DNA from: an uncultured Pseudomonadota bacterium
Lineage (GTDB): Bacteria > Vulcanimicrobiota > Vulcanimicrobiia > Eremiobacterales > Eremiobacteraceae
DNA: 64,000 bases
Assembly (NCBI GenBank): GCA_963736005.1
Contig: CAVTNB010000001.1
Coordinates: 864,001-928,000 of the forward strand
Direction of reading: 5' to 3'
Shown here: in pieces, positions 58,644-64,000 of the stretch
How positions within the stretch are numbered: the stretch's first letter is position 1
Layout: every line of letters starts with the position of its first letter
Program-made: the position numbers and the translations under genes
The notes under the pieces: model-generated
Seen by the model: the letters and a program-made list of their open reading frames with translations, nothing else
Told to the model about the DNA's origin: nothing
Database searches by the model: none

Positions 58644-61261
58644 ATTTTTGGCGCGGGGACAACTTCACGAGCGTCTAAGGCGCGCGAGACCACGTCTTGC
58701 AAGCTCCCCAAATGAGCGCGCGTGAGTTCGTCAAGACCCGAGCGCCCGAGCGCGCCGCCTACGTTCGAACGCAAGTCAACGAGCTTCGCGCGAGCTAGCG
58801 ACTGCGCATCATACGGGGTCCCCGGGCTTGGCGCCAGCCACATCTGAGCCAACTTTCGCGCATACCACTGCTGCACGGCGCGGTGCACTTGGTCGATGGT
58901 ACGCAACCGCGAATTGCGCAAGTCCCCGTACACCGATGCCTGCGTCCAATCAAACAAGTCGGTGAGCGACATCGTTGTCCCCGGCTTGGCTTTGAGCGGC
59001 AGATCGTTGAGACGCTCGAGCATCAGCGGATCGTACAGCATGGTCAGTACTTGACTTGCGAAGCCTTGGGCCAGTTCTGCTACCGGAATATCATGCCGAG
59101 GCTGCGGCGCGTACGCCCACAAGCCGGGTGACGTCGTTTCCCACTCGCTGTACACAAGGCGATTCAGCGTGCCCGATGAGAAGCTCCATGCTCCGTCGCC
59201 GAGCACGTACTTATCCAGCAGACCGAAGGCGCGCTGTTCTTGCGCCCGTGGTACTTGCACGAGCGGCGCGGTGGCGCCGGGGTCGCCCGCGTGGGAGCGC
59301 GAGAGATATTCTCCAGCGATGAAGTGCACCGGTTGAATTGCCGCGTTGAGTTTTTCGAAAAAGACGTAGCCAAAGGCATACCGCTCTTGGTCGTAGGTGT
59401 TGCCCGGCTGCGGCCAGTGCGAGTCGAGTTTGTTCATGAGGTCGTTGCTAAATTTCATTCGGCCCTCAGCCCAAGCCAAAGAATCGCTCGTGAGATCCCA
59501 GCGAGCCACACGAGGATCGATCGCGTGGGCACCTTCATACGTGGCGTCTTCATCGCTGGCGAAATGGTAGAGTGGGTTCGTCCACTGCGACGCCCAGTAA
59601 TTGAGGGTTGACAGCTCGTCCTGCGGAGTCCGCGCGCCGGGAATGCGCGCATACCCGTACTTAATGGCATGGTAGTCGTACGGTCCAAGCATGGTCATCC
59701 AGTAATCACCCGTGGATTGTCCCTTTGGCCACACGTTGATCCCTACGTACTCCATCACCGATGACGAAAGACCGTACCTGGAAGTGAATTGTTTGCTCTG
59801 CACCTGCTTACTTGAATAGGCTTCGCTACCCATGAAATTGTGCATGAGCCCAAGCGAATGACCTGACTCGTGCATGATTGTCCAAAGAAGCCCGTTATTG
59901 AGATATTTTTCGAGCGCAGCGCCCGTCAGCGGCTGGCCTTGCACCGCGAGCGCCACTCTCCCAAAGCCGGCCTCTTGGCGGGCACCGAGCATGAGCTCCC
60001 GCTCGTCTGCCACGAATGGCGATGTGGCGCTGTTGGCTGGGTTCGCGAAATATTGTCCGCTCGAGCCCAAGAAGTTGGGCCAATCGGCGTCGATCACGAT
60101 GTTCCCGCGGAACGCCATGCCATTGCGTGGATCGTAGGTTGGCCCTGCGGCGGCGAATTGTCCACTGTTGGACTCGGTCAGCCACAGCACCGTGTTGTAG
60201 CGAATGTCGTCTGGGTCCCATGTCGCATCCGCCGGCTGATCTTTGACTTCGATGGCGTCGCTGATGCCAATCCGCGCGAATGCATCGTTCCAACGCAAAA
60301 TTGCGGTCCTGAGCGTCGCGCGATATTGCGTTGGAATTTCGTTTGAGAGGTAATAGACGATCGGTTGCTTTGCAGGCGACAGCGCCTTCATGGGATCCGA
60401 CGGCTGGAGGTTCCAACGGATAACATAGTGGACGACTCGTGTATAATTCGAGTCCTTGGCAAAGTTGAGATACGCAGAATCGAAGTAGCCGATGCGGTCG
60501 TCCGCAAGACGCGGCATGTAGCCAGTGCTGTCGGGCGGCTGCATGATATTGTAAGCGATCCGAAGCTGGAATGAGCGTGGGTCGGGTACGTTGTCGATCA
60601 CCTGCGGATTATCGCTCTTCCAGGTTTGATCCGCATCGATAACGATGTTGAGCGGGAACGCCTTGGTTGGGCCAAAGAGCGTTTCGTCGGGGTTGAGACT
60701 GTAGGCCTGGTCTGGATGATCGGGCCCCGTGATCTGGCGCAGCTGCGCCGTCATGTTGATGAGGTCGCCTAAGAAGAACGAGGCATCGAAAACGACGTGG
60801 CCTGTGACCGCGTCAGTCGCCACGATGGGTGCCACGGCCACAACAGAGTTGGCAAAGGTGCGTTTGATGGCGCGCTGGGCCGCATCGTTGCCCGGAGCTA
60901 TGAAGTACGTGTTTGGGTAGGTGACGACAATTTTATTTTCGTTCTTCGAAAAGTGGATAATGCGAGCGCCGAATGCCGTGTTAAGACCGCCAGGCCAAAT
61001 CCCATAGCCGCCCAGGCCATTGACCTGTTCGGCCGTTTGAATGAAGTCTTGGTCGAGTTGGGAAGGCGCGATCTCTAAAAAAACCTTGCCATCTTTACGG
61101 ATTATGTTGAAGAGGCCGTTTTGAACCTGAGCCCCATCGACAAATTTCGCATAAGGTGCGGGCCCTGTGCCGCTATCCGGGCCACCTGCGTCATCTGCCT
61201 TCACCACCGCGGGCACGAGTGCAATCAATGCGATAAATGCAAATAAGCGAAGAGTCTTCAA
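58640..61261 (-). CDS. Secreted metzincin metalloprotease, paralog 2
   Basis: HESGHSLGLMHNF, SVMEY; colinear with paralog 1; GGGAGG RBS and TTG start. Confidence 0.92.
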   Translation of the reverse strand: MKTLRLFAFIALIALVPAVVKADDAGGPDSGTGPAPYAKFVDGAQVQNGLFNIIRKDGKVFLEIAPSQLDQDFIQTAEQVNGLGGYGIWPGGLNTAFGARIIHFSKNENKIVVTYPNTYFIAPGNDAAQRAIKRTFANSVVAVAPIVATDAVTGHVVFDASFFLGDLINMTAQLRQITGPDHPDQAYSLNPDETLFGPTKAFPLNIVIDADQTWKSDNPQVIDNVPDPRSFQLRIAYNIMQPPDSTGYMPRLADDRIGYFDSAYLNFAKDSNYTRVVHYVIRWNLQPSDPMKALSPAKQPIVYYLSNEIPTQYRATLRTAILRWNDAFARIGISDAIEVKDQPADATWDPDDIRYNTVLWLTESNSGQFAAAGPTYDPRNGMAFRGNIVIDADWPNFLGSSGQYFANPANSATSPFVADERELMLGARQEAGFGRVALAVQGQPLTGAALEKYLNNGLLWTIMHESGHSLGLMHNFMGSEAYSSKQVQSKQFTSRYGLSSSVMEYVGINVWPKGQSTGDYWMTMLGPYDYHAIKYGYARIPGARTPQDELSTLNYWASQWTNPLYHFASDEDATYEGAHAIDPRVARWDLTSDSLAWAEGRMKFSNDLMNKLDSHWPQPGNTYDQERYAFGYVFFEKLNAAIQPVHFIAGEYLSRSHAGDPGATAPLVQVPRAQEQRAFGLLDKYVLGDGAWSFSSGTLNRLVYSEWETTSPGLWAYAPQPRHDIPVAELAQGFASQVLTMLYDPLMLERLNDLPLKAKPGTTMSLTDLFDWTQASVYGDLRNSRLRTIDQVHRAVQQWYARKLAQMWLAPSPGTPYDAQSLARAKLVDLRSNVGGALGRSGLDELTRAHLGSLQDVVSRALDAREVVPAPKM

Positions 61262-61508
61262 TCGTGCCTCCCTTGGAACGTCGGGCGTTTACCACAACAG
61301 AGCGGCCGACTCATCGGTTGCCCGCTAAGTTGGAGTTGATTTTGAGCCGACGTACACAAATACAACCGCCCAGCGGTTTTGTTTCAGCGCCCGCGGGGGT
61401 GGATTGACCGCCGAGACTTTCAGGGCCTTTCTTACGTTGTGGAATTGGGCGGCTTTCCGGTGCCTGTTTAACGAGGGTTCGGGTGTTCTGAAGTCGCCCA
61501 TCTTCTCT

Positions 61509-61856
61509 TTAGGTCCCGCGAGCGACCTCCGAGATTCCGATGACTGCCGCAAGCATGGCGACGCTACTGAGCACGAGCCACCAATCCCCTGTTCCAAGGA
61601 TGCCCACCACCCGGTCCGCAGCCACCGCGACTGTGCTCACAATCATCGCGCTGCGCCAGAACCGCAGCCGAGCAAAGGCCGAGAAGCCCGAGAGAATCAG
61701 CGCAGCGTTGACAACGACGGCCGCGACGACTGCACCGTCGACACCTCGTCCCATCCCAGCGGCAAGCGCGTCGCCAAGCCCCAGGAGCGCCCAGACGATC
61801 GCCACTATCCCAACGGAAAAGCGCGCTACGTTCGCGATGGAAACCCTGGTCGCCAT
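61509..61856 (-). CDS. Small four-TM hypothetical membrane protein
   Basis: Four hydrophobic segments. Confidence 0.6.
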   Translation of the reverse strand: MATRVSIANVARFSVGIVAIVWALLGLGDALAAGMGRGVDGAVVAAVVVNAALILSGFSAFARLRFWRSAMIVSTVAVAADRVVGILGTGDWWLVLSSVAMLAAVIGISEVARGT

Positions 61857-61984
61857 TAGGCGTCTGTTTGCCTGTTGTCATCGGTCGACCCTTTGACAGG
61901 AAATTTTTCATCGCACGTCAGAATCTGAGGTCTTCCCTTTTTATCGCTGATAAGAGTTTTTGTTCTGTCGGAAAGGCGTCGTTC

Positions 61985-62605
61985 GTGCTCAAAGAGTTGC
62001 AAGGCGATCTCGATGTGGTCGAGACGCGAAATGAAGTTCGTGCACGCATGCGAGAGTATGCTGATGGCGGAGTTGAAGGGCGCTCGCGAGCCGAGCGCGC
62101 CGACGATGCGTGGCGTCTTGTGCAAAACGTTCTTGCGGAGGAGATCATCGAGCTCAATCGCGGTCTCGATACCTCTGCGCAAATCTTGGAGCACGATCGA
62201 TTAGCGCAGCCTGATGGCAGTCAGACAATTGAAATCGTGTATCGCGATCAAAAGTTTTCGTTCCAGCGCTCGAAGGACCGGCTTTCGATCGTGCTCATCG
62301 ATCAATCCGCCGGACGGCTCCCGGTTGAGACCGTCGGCACCAAATTGTTTATTGCAGGCGAACCGATTGGGTCTGCTATTGTGGCGGCAATCGGTCGTCT
62401 CGTGCACCGAGCCACGGCGGGCATCAAAGCGTCGCGGGTGAACCGCTACATGGCCCTCGAGCTCTCGACGCTATGGGCGAGCAAGGTCGAGGCGGCGCTC
62501 AATTTGGCGGACGAGAACGGTTTTCGCTTCGTGGAGTCCTACCGGACTCGAAAACCCGACCGCCGGGTCTTCCTTTTCAAGCGCAAAGGCCCGAAACAAG
62601 CGTAA
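61985..62605 (+). CDS. Hypothetical protein (start uncertain)
   Basis: GGAAAGG before GTG 61985; globular composition. Confidence 0.6.
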   Translation: MLKELQGDLDVVETRNEVRARMREYADGGVEGRSRAERADDAWRLVQNVLAEEIIELNRGLDTSAQILEHDRLAQPDGSQTIEIVYRDQKFSFQRSKDRLSIVLIDQSAGRLPVETVGTKLFIAGEPIGSAIVAAIGRLVHRATAGIKASRVNRYMALELSTLWASKVEAALNLADENGFRFVESYRTRKPDRRVFLFKRKGPKQA

Positions 62606-62736
62606 TCGCGCGAACTAGCGTAGTCGCTCGAACTGGTGTAGGCGCGCGTGTAGTCGCACGAACTGGTAAGCGCGCGTGTAGTCGCGCGAATTTATTCGCG
62701 CGGAAAGAGAGAGCGGACCTAAAGGTCCGCTGCTAC
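62602..62736. repeat. Five truncated D half-REPs, one full D (62678-62702), and an inverted C (62711-62736)
   Basis: Units start GTAA/GTAG at 62602, 62620, 62638, 62650, 62666 and 62678. Confidence 0.88.
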
Positions 62737-63062
62737 ATAGCCTGCGGGGTGACGTTCTTCAGTTTCGGACTAGCGGCGGGGTCGAAATACTCCGCCACAA
62801 CCTCTCGTGGGCAAAAGCGAACGAAGAGCATCGCGAGCAGAGCGAGGAGCGCAACGTCATCGAAGGCTCCGAGGATTGGAATGTCGCTCAGCACGTCAAC
62901 TGGCGAGATGACCAACAAGGCTCCAAGACCTGTCAACATCTTGAGACTCGACGGGACCCGGCGATCGAGGAAGAGACGTCCAAGTTTTGCGGCGTGCTTG
63001 CGGATGCCCCAGAAGAATTTCATTCGAAGAAAAAGGGATATCATACCGCGTTCATTCGGCAT
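62733..63062 (-). CDS. YkvA/DUF1232-family membrane protein
   Basis: DRRVP..LK...ISPVDVLSDIPILGAFDD. Confidence 0.88.
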   Translation of the reverse strand: MPNERGMISLFLRMKFFWGIRKHAAKLGRLFLDRRVPSSLKMLTGLGALLVISPVDVLSDIPILGAFDDVALLALLAMLFVRFCPREVVAEYFDPAASPKLKNVTPQAM

Positions 63063-63068
63063 GACAAT

Positions 63069-64000
63069 TTACGCATCCCGTGCGAGCGTGAGATCTTTGA
63101 GCAGCGCTCGCGCGCCGCGCACGCCAGGAGCACCGGACACACAGCCGCCCGGGTGCGTCCCAGAGCCGCACAGGTACAGTCGAGCGAGCGGCGTTTTGAC
63201 CGAGAAACGATCTTCGAAGATTTGTCCAGGCAAGAGCTCGCCATGAAAAATGTGGCCTTTTGGCAAGCCGAAGCGTTTTTCAAGATCTGCCGGGGTGAAA
63301 AGCTGCATGCCTTCCACGGCCTTTGGAACATTCGGTGCGTACAGACCGATTATCCTAATGATGTTCTCCGCCGCCATCTGTCGACGCTCATCTGACCAAG
63401 CCCCATCTGTGCGAGCATACGGGTAGTATTGCGCAAAGATTGACAAGAGATGCTTACCTGGCGGAGCCAACGTTGGGTCGCTCGGCGTCTGAAGGAAGAT
63501 TTCCAACATTGGCTCGGATGATGGTAAACCGCCTGCGGCTTCTTCGTACGCCCGCTGCAAGTAATCGATGTCCGGCGCGATGTGTATCGTTGCGTTGAGA
63601 TGACCATCGGCGGCAAGCCCCGGCCGGCACGTGAAATTCGGCAGCTCTCCGAGGGCGAGGTTCAGTTTGAGCGAGGGGCCATCGCAACGCCACTGCTCGA
63701 CCCGGTTGATGAAGTCAGCGTCGAGCGCGCTTCGTGGGACCAGGCGCAAAAAGGTGGTGAGTGGATCCGCGTTTGAGAGCACCGCTTCGGCTTCAATCTC
63801 CGTGCCGTCAGCGAGAACCACTCCTGCTGCCCGGCGGTTGCGCACGAGCAGCGAGGCTACCGCGGCACTCGTTCGGATCTGTGCGCCGCTCTGCCGGGCC
63901 GAGCTTGCTATGGCTGCAGAAATCGATCCCATACCGCCGCGGACGTAGCCCCAGGCTCCCTGAATTCCCATGGCCCGTCCGGCGTAGTGGTGGGCGAGGA
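63069..64000 (-). CDS. Second phytoene-desaturase-like FAD oxidoreductase (5' end outside window)
   Basis: WGYVRGGMG, GHIFHGE, LYLCGSGTHPGGCVSG. Confidence 0.9.
   Translation of the reverse strand, partial: LAHHYAGRAMGIQGAWGYVRGGMGSISAAIASSARQSGAQIRTSAAVASLLVRNRRAAGVVLADGTEIEAEAVLSNADPLTTFLRLVPRSALDADFINRVEQWRCDGPSLKLNLALGELPNFTCRPGLAADGHLNATIHIAPDIDYLQRAYEEAAGGLPSSEPMLEIFLQTPSDPTLAPPGKHLLSIFAQYYPYARTDGAWSDERRQMAAENIIRIIGLYAPNVPKAVEGMQLFTPADLEKRFGLPKGHIFHGELLPGQIFEDRFSVKTPLARLYLCGSGTHPGGCVSGAPGVRGARALLKDLTLARDA

Noticed and set aside
62602..62702. Possible mini-CRISPR array
   Set aside because: No unique spacers, units only 12-18 nt, no cas genes; the units are REP D halves.

Overview
About 64 kb of a GC-rich bacterial chromosome. 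The gene content (TonB-dependent receptor plus lipoprotein, Terrabacteria-type nusA-ylxR-infB-rbfA-nrnA-truB-ribF operon, hpnK/hpnI, DUF5069- and DUF4760-like genes) suggests Candidatus Eremiobacterota; this assignment is inference. In order: acs (partial); a DtxR/MntR regulator coupled to a multicopper-oxidase-ZIP-transporter fusion; add; initiator tRNA-fMet followed by a decayed, repeatedly integrated island (three serine-recombinase-like 3' remnants, two extra att-like copies, one inverted); stress and redox genes; a Rieske/SolA/APC/SBP/S9 catabolic cluster; the translation-factor operon with an internal promoter and attenuator before nusA; pxpBCA; a RAYT transposase flanked by GTAG REPs; crtI-like-hpnK-hpnI-GH92/YVTN; two tandem metzincins. 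The most striking unexplained structure is a REP system of four sequence families sharing one geometry (GTAG-N, 8-bp stem, 4-nt loop). These REPs form mosaics, lie in frame inside three genes including truB, and supply the stop codon of at least seven genes. All calls were made by eye from motifs; no database searches were run.
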